Source of the DNA: Epiperipatus broadwayi
Taxonomy: Eukaryota; Animalia; Onychophora
Assembly (NCBI GenBank): GCA_028023455.1
Contig: JAQFVV010000003.1
Coordinates: 18,352,001 to 18,416,000, forward strand
Direction: 5' to 3'
Length of the DNA stretch: 64,000 nt
The notes beneath the pieces were generated by a model. The model did not search any database. It was not told the origin of the DNA and saw only the letters and a program-made list of their open reading frames with translations. The position numbers and the translations under genes are program-made. Shown here in pieces: positions 1 to 12,665 of this stretch. Every line of letters starts with the position of its first letter. The stretch's first letter is position 1.

Positions 1-404
1 ATTTGGAAGATTTTTTCCAGATTCTAAATAAACTTATAATTTTCTTTCAAGTAAGTAGCCTAGAGAAATCCAGATGGTTATATAAAGTGGTAAGTAAATT
101 GACATTTAGTTATCTTTGGCTAAATAAAAGAATAATGGTAAAATGTCAACATCTTCACCATTCAGAACTTGAAAAGTCAACTGAGTAATGCCTTCTTGGT
201 TAGTCACTGAAGTTTTATCTTGCGGCAGTCTATTTAAAGACTGTTTTAGTTTGACTTTTACATTGCTTTGTGCTTCATTGGTTAATTTACAGTTATTTAT
301 ACACTAAATACTTAAGTTTTAATTACATAAGTAATCATTAGTTAAATATATTTATTATTTTTCTTTTTAAAAATCCAAAAATATTTTTTTAAAATAGTAG
401 TAAT

Positions 405-598
405 TCTCTTCATATAATAGCACCAACCAGTGCAAGCCATAATAGTCAACTGATGCAAAAAAATTGGTATATTAAAATCTGTCTTGTGCCTACTCATTTC
501 TAGCTCATGGCTTCCATCACTGAGGAGCCTTCAATATGAGAGCACTACATCTAGATCTTTGGATCTAATGCATGCCACTCTCCAGAAACTATCTTTTA
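405..598 (-). mobile_element. Fragment of the HHR-bearing SINE-like family seen at 42.6-43.0 kb; ribozyme partly deleted
   Basis: Reverse complement aligns with 42785-42980 (gcattagatcc..agatctag.tg.agtgctct...aaggctcctca.tgatg...gaaa..tgagtaggcac). Confidence 0.7.
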
Positions 599-711
599 CC
601 TTTTTAATAAACTATAAAGCTACTATCCCAAACTGAAAACACAATAATGTTTTGAATCTATCTCTTAATAGTTAGTTATTTTCTTTGGAGAGTAAGTCAT
701 TTCTACAAAAA

Positions 712-910
712 TCATCATCATTTTTAACCATTATTTATCACTGGAGGATGAAGATCTCTGCAAGTTTAATTTAGTTTCTCTCTTTTCAACATTACAGTAA
801 CAAACTTTCTTATATCATACATCTATTTCATATATGGTCACTTTCTAAGTCTTCTATAATATTTTAGAATTTGATTTAAGACTTCAATTATCCATCTATA
901 TCTAAGTTTA
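712..910 (-). mobile_element. Short 5'-truncated RTE LINE 3' end
   Basis: Aligns with 1993-2200 and has the same (TCA)n tail on the plus strand. Confidence 0.7.
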
Positions 911-1992
911 ATTCTATAACTAATTTCATTCATTGTAAGTTTGCCTATATTATTAATTTATCCGCAGTGCTTATGATGATATATTCTTTTAAATCATGAC
1001 TATAAATATTTATTTTTTCTTTTATTAACTTTTTTTGACTATTTATTGTAATGACTATTGACTTATTTTCACATAACTTGTTTAACATTTCTTGCCATTC
1101 TGAAGCAAAAAAAGCATTATTTGTAAACATAACCATATTGTTTCCAATGATTCGGGTGGTTTTTTTTTAAATTTTTATTTTATTTTCCATTTTAATCCAT
1201 AAAAATATTTCCCATGAAACTGCAGTAAAAAATATTGGCCAAATAATTTAGATATTTTAATAATATTAGTTATTAACTTAATTGTAAACATTCAAATTTT
1301 TGACCACAAATTAATATGTATCTCTAACAAAAATATATCATTTCTTTTATTCTTTATGCATTCTGTATTTTTGGGAAAAGGCTAAATAGCCAGAAATAAA
1401 TCTTATATAGTCGCCAGACATTTAATGCACTATAATATGCCACATCGGCATGGGAATAATTTTTAAGATATGCAGATAATATAATAATTATTGAAACCAC
1501 ATTAGAATTCAAACAAGAAAGCAAAGAAATATGGTTTATACATAAGCATAGTAAAAAATGTGCTTGAGAAAAAGACAATGAAGAAAACAATCAAAATTGT
1601 TGGCAGGACAATGTTTTATATATCTTGGAAATAATATCATTAATTTTAACTATCAAAAGATAATGAAATTAAGATTTCTACAAATAAATTAAAAATAATT
1701 TTTTTAAAAAAAAAATTATAGAAAAGAGCTTATAATTTTTTGACCATATGTTGAATGAATGATTAGAAAAACTAATAAAACAACAACATTATTTGTGAAG
1801 TCAAACAAGGCTCCAATAAAAAAGACTCCATAAAATATGTTCAATATTCTTGCAAGGGATTTACAAAATCAGAGTTGTTGAAAAGAAAGCACTAATATCT
1901 ATGAATGCAGCATCATAGTTTTGGTAAAGATGAATACAGTTTGATACAATGAAAATAATTAACTAAATAAATAGTATAGATATGTTTTGATA

Positions 1993-3570
1993 TCATCATC
2001 ATCAACCATTACCAATCCACTGCAGGATGAAGGTCTCTCCAAGTTTAATCCATCTTCTCTGATCTTTAGCTTCTCTTCTCCACATCACCCCTGCACACTT
2101 TCTTATTTCATCCATCCATCTCTCATGTGGTCTCTTTCTGGGTCTTTGACAATTTCTTGGAATCCAGTTTAAAATTTCAATTGTCCATCTATTATCATCT
2201 CTTCTAGCAATATGTCCAGCCCAACTCCATTTCAATCTTTTAATTTTTTCAATGAGGTCAGTAACACCTGTTTGTTCTCTTACCCATATACTGCATTTTC
2301 GGTTTCTTCTTGTTACTCCCAACATACATCTCTCCATACTTATTTGAGTGGTCTGAAGTCTCTGTATTGCTCTTCTATTAAGTGTCCAAGTCTCAGATCC
2401 ATAAGTAAGAACTGGTAAAACACATTTGTTAAAAACCTTCCTTTTCAAACACATAGCATATTTCCTTTTAGTATCAAGTTATTTCTACCAAAAGCACTCC
2501 AACCAAGTTTAATTCTATGATTAATTTCCTCCATTATGTTTCCATCTGTAATAATAATCTGACCAAAGTATTTGTAACTGTTAACTTCTTCTAATTCATT
2601 ATAATCAATCTTTATTTTCATATTTTGAGCAAATCGATTAAACATTACTTTAGTCTTTTTAACATTTATCTTTAGTCCTACTTTCATCTGATAACTCCTA
2701 CAACATTTCCTGCAGCTCTGAAGCATTATTTGCAAAAACAACTACCTCATCTGTGAAATCTAAATGACTTAAATAATCTCAATTTACTTTCACTTCTTTA
2801 GTTTCCCATTTTAATCCACAAAATACTTCTTGCAGCACTGTTGTAAAAAGTTTTGGAGATATGGAGTCATCTTGTCTTACATCTTTCTCAATGTTGATTT
2901 TCCCAGTATCATTATGTAATCTAATTGTTGCTGTTGCATTTTTATAAATATTCTTTAAAATATGACAATATCCTGGATCTATACCTTGATGATCCAATGC
3001 TTTAATCACTGAAGAAATGTTTATAGAATCAAATGCCTTTTCATAATCTATCCAAAACATAATGACAACTCATATTCATTTGTCTTTTCTATATCATCTC
3101 TCAATACCTGGATGTGATCTACTCTACTAAAACCACTTTTAAATCCAGCTTGTTCTCTTGGTTGGTGGAAATGCAATGTTCTCTGTAGACGAGTTGTAAT
3201 TATCTTGGTAAAAATTTTATATAACTGATAAAAGGCTGATAGGTCTGGAATTTCTAATATCTTCTTTATCACCTTTTTAAAATATTAATATTATTACTGC
3301 ATTCTTCCAATCATCCAGTACATCTTTATCATTTAGACATTTGGTATATAACTTTGCTAAAAAAAATTCTATTGCTTCACCTGCTTCTTTTAATATATCA
3401 ATTATAATTCAATCATTACCTGGAGCCTTTCCTTTCTTCATACATTTAATTGCATGTCTCACTTCTTCATTTAAAATTCCGGGTAATTCGGAAGATGTAA
3501 TAGATATAGGAAGTACTTGTTCTTTATTACTATATAATTCTTGATGAAAATCTTCTACCAACATTATCAG
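1993..3570 (-). mobile_element. 5'-truncated RTE-clade LINE (reverse transcriptase and C-terminus, frameshifted)
   Basis: ORF pieces show KGKAPG, FHQPREQAGFKSGFS, DYEKAFDSI, VRQDDSISPKLF, YKYFGQ, VLPVLTYGSETW and KWSWAGHIARRDDNRW; (GAT)n tail at 1993-2004. Confidence 0.93.
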
Positions 3571-4689
3571 ATTCCAGTGTAATAATATGCAGTTATCTTA
3601 ATATTATTTTGTTCTGTAGACCGGATATTTTTCAAACTTGGAGGATAATATCTGCTAAATGATTTTAATATTTTGGTTACATTTCATAAAGAATTTGGTT
3701 TAGTAATTAATGTTCAAATAAGTCTATCAGTGATGGGGGAAAAATGTTCGACAATTTTCAAGTCATATAGTTATCATCTTAAGACCATGAATCAATTAAT
3801 TATCTTAATAATTTTTAAAATAAAAAGATGGTTTTCAATGTTGAAGTGCAAAAGATTCTAATATGCTGCTTCTATATGGAACATATTAATATACAGACAG
3901 TATTTCATTACAATAATATAACTATTTCATTAAGTTAATTGTGTAAAGGATTAATATTCTATCAAATTTATTATGTGAGAGTGAGACATGGCTCCTTTTC
4001 AATATAATACAGAAGAATTGGAAAAATCTTAAGACTTCTTCATAATATTCTGAAAATATGATGGAAGTATCATGAGATGTAATAACACTAAATCTACAAT
4101 CGCAAAGACGCATCTTTGGTGGATTAGATATGTAAAACAGATGAGAATAACAGAATTTTTAAAAAGATATTTATAATGAAATTGAGAATGGTTTTTATAG
4201 AAGAAGTTAGATAAAAGTTTATTTAGAAGACCCTAAAGAAATGCAATATTGATTATTATCATTGGGAAAATAATCATATTTAGACAAGGTGTTAGTCTTT
4301 CAGAAAAAAAAGTTTATTGGAAATAAAGACAAAAAACAACATTTCAAGATTTTAATTATTAAAAAACTAGCATATAATATATGTGGCCACATTTTAGTTT
4401 CACCCTGTCTAGAGTTAGAATGGTACCATTCATTTTTAAGTGAATGCTAATAATGATTGTGATGAATAAGATTTTATATGTAAAATCATGCACACATTCA
4501 AACATATACTCCATTATTCCTTTCATAGGTATATAATATTCAAGAACTACAATTCTGACTTTGTTTTTCACAAATTGAATCTCTACCTCAAACTTTTCAT
4601 AACATGTTTTATATTACTACTCTTTCTTTCTGATTCCCTATCCTATTCTGCTCTAATACATTGCATTTTATTATCAAATTTACGTTGGA

Positions 4690-5250
4690 AATATAAAATG
4701 AGTAAATTTACATTTGGTTTCCCAATTCTTACAAGAATAGCCAATCTGACAAATTATATTAATTAGAATGAACATCCAATCATACTCATATGTTAACAGA
4801 ACTTTATTCATTCAATACAGCTAATAATTTAACTTCCTAAAATAAAATTAATTTCTCATCACTGTAAAACTCTTTTGAATAATAACAATATACTAAATTT
4901 GTAAACATTAATTACTGCAGTACAAACAATTATTACATAGTCATTGAACCCATAAAATTTCCTAGTTCTAGTTATTTCAATGCATTGCTTTCTACTGCCA
5001 ATAATTATATAATTGTTGGAATTTTATTAATTAGTGTTTAAAATTTTGACATTTAGTTATTTATTCCTAAGGCTATTATTAATGGTGTAAAAATTATTTC
5101 TATTTTGTGAAGTTAAATTATTAATTGTATTGAATGAGGTTTTATTAACATCTGAGTGTGATTGGGTATCATCCTAATTAATATTATGTTAGATTGACCA
5201 TCCTTATAAAAATTTAAAAAGCAAACATAAATTTGATTCATTTTATATCT
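4690..5250. repeat. Degenerate foldback/MITE-like inverted repeat
   Basis: 4700-4860 (ccaatcatactcatatgttaac...ttcattcaatacagctaataatttaacttc) is the reverse complement of 5095-5245 with scattered mismatches. Confidence 0.65.
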
Positions 5251-7349
5251 GAAAAGCAAATCTGGCAATATAGAATACTGCACTGATAAAACTAGGACTT
5301 CGAACGTTTAACAATTTAGTGATTACATAATTTTGAAAATTAATTCATATATACAGATTTTTTTCATATCAAATTTCACATGTACTAAAAATTTAAAGTA
5401 ACTTCATATCAAAGTTGTTTTCTAAACCAATATTGCATGGGAAGCAAATCCTTTTATAACATACATATATATATATTGCAATGAGTTCTACATAGCTGCA
5501 TTAAAAATAATTATAGTTGGCAGCAAGTTCTTCAAGTTTAGTATAGAATTATTTAAGTAATGGGGGAAATATTATTTAATTTTTCCATGCATATTTTTTT
5601 TATAATGAGTCTTCAATTGTTTAAATATTTTATTTCTCTTTCCACATCATAATAGGAACATTCTAGACAATTTTTTTTTAAATAATTGTCAAACATTTTT
5701 CACAATTATGATATGCATATTTTAATATGTATTGCAAATGCTGATAGAAAAGAGAGAAAAGTATAAAATCATATAAATAATTTTTTTTGTTCTCTCCCTT
5801 CAATAATTTTATTTCATTACCAGTTGCCTTTAATTTTTTTTTAAAATGTACTAAGAGAAAATAATTTTCTTTTTTTTTTTTTTGGAAATTATTTAATAGA
5901 TATTAATTTTTAACCTTAAAAGAAAGATAAAGTTTTATGTTTAAGACTATTTTTTAAAAAAAAAAAAGAAAAAAAAATAGGATTTTAATATTTTGGTAAA
6001 TTTTAATTTTAATTAATCAGTTTTTTTTTCCTCTATCTTTCTTCAAGACAAAAAAAATCAAATCAGTGCAATTAACTTGTTATCTTGTTTTACTTTTTTT
6101 ACAAGAAAATTTTTTTAATTAAAAGGGAATGCCAAGAATTTTATGATGTTAATTTAAGTACTTGACTTGTTTTTCAATATCTATAATTAAGAAGGGAAAT
6201 GGTGAACAATTGTATTTATAAAAATTTATATAATTGGTTGTTATAAAAATTATCATGTAAGAGATAAATTGTGATTTATTTGTAGTCAATATTGTTCTAG
6301 ATAAAAAATAACGGGGGCTTGAATAGGTCAAAAGATCCACGTGTTTGGTAAAAAGTAGAGATTCCTAACTTAACTATTGAAGAGAGAGTAGTCAAGTCTT
6401 AATCTAGCTGATAAAGAAGAAGTCTTTACCAAGATATTGCATAGAATAGTAGAAATTTTAATCAAGTTTTTGTCAGACTATGAGTTTAATCATTAAAATG
6501 ATTTGTAGAATGAAAACCATGTGCTAAATTCAGCTAAAAGCTAGACATCATCTTCCTTCATGTAACCTGACTTCACTGGAATAAAAATGTAGAGAAGTTA
6601 TCACCTAAAGTAACCTGCAATAATTAACTTCAATCAAGAGCATGAGCCTCTGTGTTAGTCTCATCTGGAAGTTTTAATGGAAAGAAATGGATAAAATTAT
6701 TTTTTAACCTGGAATTACTGCAAACAATGAAATAGACAAATTAACCATATACATGTATAAAAAGAAAACAACTGAAAAAACTGGAAATTATAATTGGGAA
6801 GGACCCTACTGAAGAATCAAATCATGGTTAAATGTACTTTATGTGTGCACACTAAATTTTCATGTACTATATAGTAAAAAAAAAGTTGTTTTTTTTTGTT
6901 GTAAGAATTGATAATTTTAAATATTTTCATTAAGTTAATAATTTTAAATTGTGCAAAAAAAAATTTTTTTTAAAAATTCAGTCAATTTTCTCTTAAAAAT
7001 TATGAAATGGTTTTTAGAAAATTTAATTTTTTGTAAATTAAATTTTTTTTTTTTGGAAACATGTTTTTTCTTTTCCTTCATTTTCCTTCCTAAAAAAAGA
7101 TTAATTAAGCTAAATCAAATATTGTTATACTTGATTTTGAAAATGTTGTTTTCCCAACTCTTAGTTATTATAAAGAAATAACTTATAAATAGAAATCAAC
7201 TGATTGATTGTAATTATTATAATAATATATTTTTTAGATGAAATAAATATTTGAAATATCATACTACCATGTCATTTTTTTGTTTATTTTAATCAATTAG
7301 TTATTAAATAATTGTTTTTAAAAAATATTTTGTCTTAATTTCTTTACTC

Positions 7350-8200
7350 TATCCAATACCTGTTTCATAAATTCTAATGTGTATGACCTTATTTCATGAC
7401 AGCTTAATGTTCTAGGATTTTTTTAATGATCCCAATAAAACTATTTACTCGTATTTAGGGTAAGCCTAGGAATAATTTAAAGTGATTTATAATAAACTGC
7501 TTTATTTATTTATCTCTTGCTCACAGTAATAGTTTATAGAGTTCTTGATTCCTAAGCTAGATTTGGGCATAATAGTTATAAGGAGTAGGGTTTATGTTTA
7601 ATGTTATCGACACCCAGATGATGATAATCCTGGTTGATATAAAAGGGATATCCTTTAAAGTCCATGCACTACATTTCATTTTATTTATTATTTCTTTAGA
7701 AATTTAGTTTATAGTTGACCAGTAAATTAATGGTACTAAGTGGTCAAAGCATTGATGATGGTCAGATTATCTCAGCAATATTTGACTTATTGTTGTATTT
7801 TGTTAGAGTAGCACCTAAGTATGTGCATCCAGATAATTATTGTTTGTATTGTTGCCCTAGGTTTGGCAGCGGCTAAATAATTAGCCTGGTCTATAGTGGA
7901 CCACTTTCAAATCCAGTCATAAGATTGACTGTTGATTTATTTTTATTGTTGATTATTCATGATGATGAATGATTATTACTTTTGTGTAATGCTTGTGAAT
8001 TTATAGTTAGTTCTGATCTCTCATGCTTATTCTTTTTATATTTAATTTTATATTGTTTATTTGGGGGTGGTAATAGTTTCATATCTCCTCATAATTCAGC
8101 TCTAATGTGTATTGTTACAAATGACCAATTGTAGGACATTGCTACGGTTGCAATTGGTGACTCAAATTGTGGGACCACTGTTTCTGTATTGTTATAATAT
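7350..8200 (-). mobile_element. Highly decayed non-LTR retrotransposon RT fragment
   Basis: Minus-strand translation gives CTYLGATL (KYLG-like motif) and a decayed L*GDMKLL (FADD-like); many stops. Confidence 0.35.
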
Positions 8201-9899
8201 ATTTATAATACAAATAAAATTATATATAATTTATATATTTATTTAAACAGTGCTAACAATTATAGAATCATTTGACTGACACTGCCATCTTCAAATCAGA
8301 TCATTTCATTAGTTAAGCTAAAAAGATGAATATATGTTGCCTTTAAATAATATTTTTAATAACAACATTATATCCCCAGACTACTTTGAAAGGATGAAAG
8401 ATGTCAAAATACTACTTACATTATGTAGTAAAAATCACTGGCAAATACTTGTGTTTGGTCTGAAATGCATATAAATACTGGAAGAATTTGGTCTTTGATA
8501 TGTGGTATAATTCTAGATAACAATTTTTAATACAAAGGTAATTAAAATTTTTTTAACAGTAACAAGATTGATAAGAAAATAATCTTCAGTCTTTTTATCA
8601 TTCACAATTTTTGACCAAAATAGTAAAGTAGATATTATAAAATGTGTAGCAATTTACAAATTAGAATTATTTGTAGCTATCTAGCATTAATGTAAGCTCA
8701 TTCTTAAAGTGACAACAAAGATAGCTAGAGAGATGTGTTTTTTGCCTAACAGAGCTTCACATATAATCTTTTTTCCATACTTACTTTCAACTACATTATT
8801 CTGGAATGCTTATATAGTGAAATCTGAAACCAAAGTCAATACCAGAGATATATGTAATGAATAGTATAGAATATAGACTATTTATATTATGTGGTTATCT
8901 CAGGAAGATTGGGGGAAACGGAATCTTATACATTCATTATTAATTTAGCATAAAAAATTAATAATCATAAATCAAAATGAATGAATCTATAGAGATGTCA
9001 AACAGAAGATAGATTTATCCATGACTTCAATATAAACTTTCAATTCTGCTGAATTGTTCATTTATTTATGTGTTTTTAACATTTATATTTGCTCATATAC
9101 ATATACATCAGAGATTGTTAAATGCTATTTTTCAAATAAATAAAAGCAACCATGGAAGTTCTTGAACTCAATAAGAATGCAACAACTCCTAGGAAGTTCA
9201 AATACAGCTTCTTTACTTTTAAGTCTGAAAATATAAATTTGTTTGGGATCTTGCATAAAAAACATTTTTACCCCATAATTATTAATCAAAAGAAATATTA
9301 TTTGAATAGTTTGTGGTTGAAAAGAAATCTTGAAATAAGGTTCAATGTTAGATAGCAAAACTATGATTTGAATTAGTGATAAGTCTGATCAGTTTAATTT
9401 CTTATACATTACCTGTAAGGTAATTTGTCTTCTGACATAATTTTCAAGAAAGTATTAAAGTGGATTCCATTTGAGAAAATAAAAAAAGGATGATCAAAAC
9501 AAATCTAGTGGAATGATATAAATGAGGCTTTGAAGATGTGAAATTTGAGGATTATCAAGTTAGAAAGTGGGATTGAAAAGTGACTAAAAACCATAAAATT
9601 TGTACAAAGGGTAAGGGGAGAAAATAAAAGAGAAATATCTCAAAACTAATGAAGATATAGTTTTAAGTCATACTTTTTAAACTCCATGTTTATTTATTTG
9701 ATCTTACTCAAAATTATTTTTCCAGCTTAAAATAAATCATGATACTTAAAAATAAATATATTACAAAGTTTTCAAATGAAGTATGAGTAATCATGGAAAT
9801 TATTATTTTTCATTGGCCAGTTATATTGATGGGTTTGTATTATTTTATACATAGCTTGCTTGGGATTTATAGTAATTTCAATTTCATTTACAAGCTTAT

Positions 9900-11100
9900 T
9901 AATTGATGTTTCATTAAATATTCAGGGATTGTTAAAAATGAAACCCAGTCTTTATCCTCTGATTGTTTATAGTGATCTTAAAATGGTTTATGGTTGTACT
10001 AAAATTAGATTAATACACAGAATTCACACTCTACGTGGTAACACAGCAATAAATTGAATGCTTAAATGACACCTAAACTAAAGAATGGATGGGTCCATTC
10101 TATTCTTTTTTGTTTATTAATAGCCCACTGGGTTTTTACAGCAATGTTTGCTTTAATTTTATCATTACTCTAAGTATCTTTCTAATTGTATTAATATTTA
10201 ACAAACCATTTTGAGAAATTTCCATCTGAAATTTTTTAATGTCATATTATTTTAATACATTTCTTAACATACAGCATTCTGCAGGTAAAGGCCTATTAAA
10301 ATGTATCATGTTGATCAAACATTGGAATGCTATAATAAACTAGGATAAAAATATGTCATATAATGGTAAACAACAGTTAATTATCACTTCAAGCTATTTT
10401 TAACTTTAGAATTTAGCACATATGCATGCTGAATTCCTTCCAGTTTAATGTTCACTATTTAAAGATATTTATTTATTTATCACCTAATTATGAATTTTTT
10501 ATTTAAATTTTTTTTTTTTCAAAATACATTTTTAACAAGGCAAAATTAAATGAAAGCCATACTAAATTCCATTACCTTTGCAAAGTTATAATAGTTAAGA
10601 CTATAGTAAGACACAATGGAAAGGCATAGAAAAGTCATTAGGAAAAAAACTTATGATTTGTTGTGAAAATGACTTCTTAGAGAAAGAAAGACATTTTTGC
10701 ATAAGCTACAGATCCAGAGATTCTGTTAGCCAAGTTGAACATTCTTTCCTTCTGAAATCTTTTTATATTTTCCCCTCCCTTTCCAAATTATTTTCCCAAA
10801 ACTGACACGTTTTTCTTCTATCTTATTTTATTAAAAACTGTTTCATTGATTCCAATATATTATCCTCAAAATTCCTATCTAATTATTAAGCTAAAGGAGA
10901 AATTAAAAAATCTATCTCTTTCACCAATCTCACCATTATGTTTTCCTCATCTTAGATAAACTATTTTTTTTTAATATTCTACACTTTGTAAATAAATGTT
11001 TAATATCCCCCCCCCCTTCCATTTTCACATAAGCCATACTTATTGTCCAATTTTTATCTAACCTTTACATCCATTCCTCAGTATTCATCATTGCACCAAA
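9900..11100 (-). mobile_element. Decayed LINE 3' fragments (CR1/L2-like C-terminus; 10.7-11.1 kb resembles the 3' end of the 39.9-41.0 kb element)
   Basis: PSLL*HSNV*S...LQNAVC..RW pattern near 10.2-10.37 kb; shared ggctaacag...ctctgga with 40978-40997. Confidence 0.4.
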
Positions 11101-11199
11101 TAATGATAAGCCCCTTATAGTTTATCACATTCGTCATATTTTATTGTAATAAGAAAAACAGACAAGTGATAATTCCAAACTCAAACTGGAATTAAATCT

Positions 11200-12665
11200 A
11201 TGAGAATCTGAAGTTAATCATGAGTTAACTGGTGAACCCATGAAAATTAAAACAATGCTGAATACTAAAAATATTAATGGAGAGTTTGTGACAAAAATAT
11301 CAGTGGTAAATGAAATGAATGAATATATGGAATCATACCAGTATATCGACATTTATCATGAAATTAAATTTGAAATATTTTCTAGGGAAATTTATAAACT
11401 AAGTGACAGCTATCAAGATGGAATACTTCCATACCACGCTATCTTTATAGAAAAGAAATATCACAACTATAATAAAATTTATGAAACATTAAATGAAGTG
11501 ACTATGCTAATTATCTTATCTGTAAATTAAGATACTCAAAAGTTTTTCATAATAGAAGAGATGATCAAAATGAAAATAGTAATCAATGGATAGTACTTGA
11601 AATCACAATGACACATACAAAGAAGCAAAAAGGTATTATATTCCATAAACTATGTAATATGTATGAAGGCCCATTCACATTTATTAAATGTATAAATATA
11701 AATGTTTAATAAGCTTATAATAAAAATGAACCTAAAGGACTATGACCTAGAACACAGAAACAAAATTACTAGAAATAGAACAATCCCATTATATATATAT
11801 ATAAGTAAATCTTATTACGACTAAGTAAAAATCCACAAAATGTGAATTTGAATTCATGTAAGAAGTCATTAGAGTTATGATTAATCAGATTGAAGGATGA
11901 AAATGTAAAGGAGGAGTATACACAATGTAGAACTTGTCATAAAATATATTTTAGAAATGAACTCTTTGAAATAAATCATAGGTTTATTTCTAGAACCCAT
12001 AAGAAAGTATACCATTATCATGGAAATGGAGCTGATGATTTTAAAAAGTTGTTCCATTCAGAAATGAATGACAACTAACACATTTAATGGATGCTGGAGA
12101 AATTCCAGTCAGTCTCAAGGTTAAGGAGCAGGATTGGCACCATTAGACAGACCTATACATAAATAATGCATAGGTTAGCTAAAAGAAAATTTAGCTGCAG
12201 ATAGATCTTCCACCATATAAGTCTTTGGTATACCATACTAGAAATAATAAGTACGATCTTAAGTGACTAAGATCTAATAGCACCAAATATATTAACAAAG
12301 ACACATTATATAAAAAAATAAATACATACATACATATATACTCCCAAAAGTGAAACAAAAGCAAGTAATCAAAATTCTAGTGCTACGTGATAGGCCAATA
12401 ATTTCATATCAATTTTGAGCCAAGATTATTTTTTGGAAAAATGAAAATAAAAATATTTCAAGGGAATGAAACTAAAAACAAAATAAACATACCGCACCGA
12501 CTACTGACTACACTCACAACACACCTATCATCGAGAAAAAGATCGAATAGAGGCACGAAATGCTATTAAAGAGTGAAAGACGTAATAAAAACAAAACTAA
12601 ATCGAACCATCAAATGAGAATTAAAATAAATATATTTATTTTAATCTCTTAAGTGGGGGGAGGGA
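11200..12665 (+). mobile_element. Ty3/Gypsy 3' internal remnant: integrase C-terminus, extra ORF remnant and polypurine tract
   Basis: FHKLCNMYEGPFTFIKCIN (GPF/Y motif) at ~11640-11700; PPT aagtggggggaggga at 12651-12665 followed directly by TGTAAAG, an LTR-like start at 12666. Confidence 0.65.

Noticed and set aside
110-285. ~58-codon open frame on the minus strand at the window start
   Set aside because: No start codon or splice support and no recognisable homology.
8980-9070. Candidate last PIERCE exon (VYIEVMDKSIF, minus)
   Set aside because: No GM(Y/F)RN motif and no usable splice acceptor.
12005-12050. YHGNGADDF as a Polinton PolB exonuclease II motif
   Set aside because: Weak match with no other PolB motifs; the context is a Gypsy 3' region.
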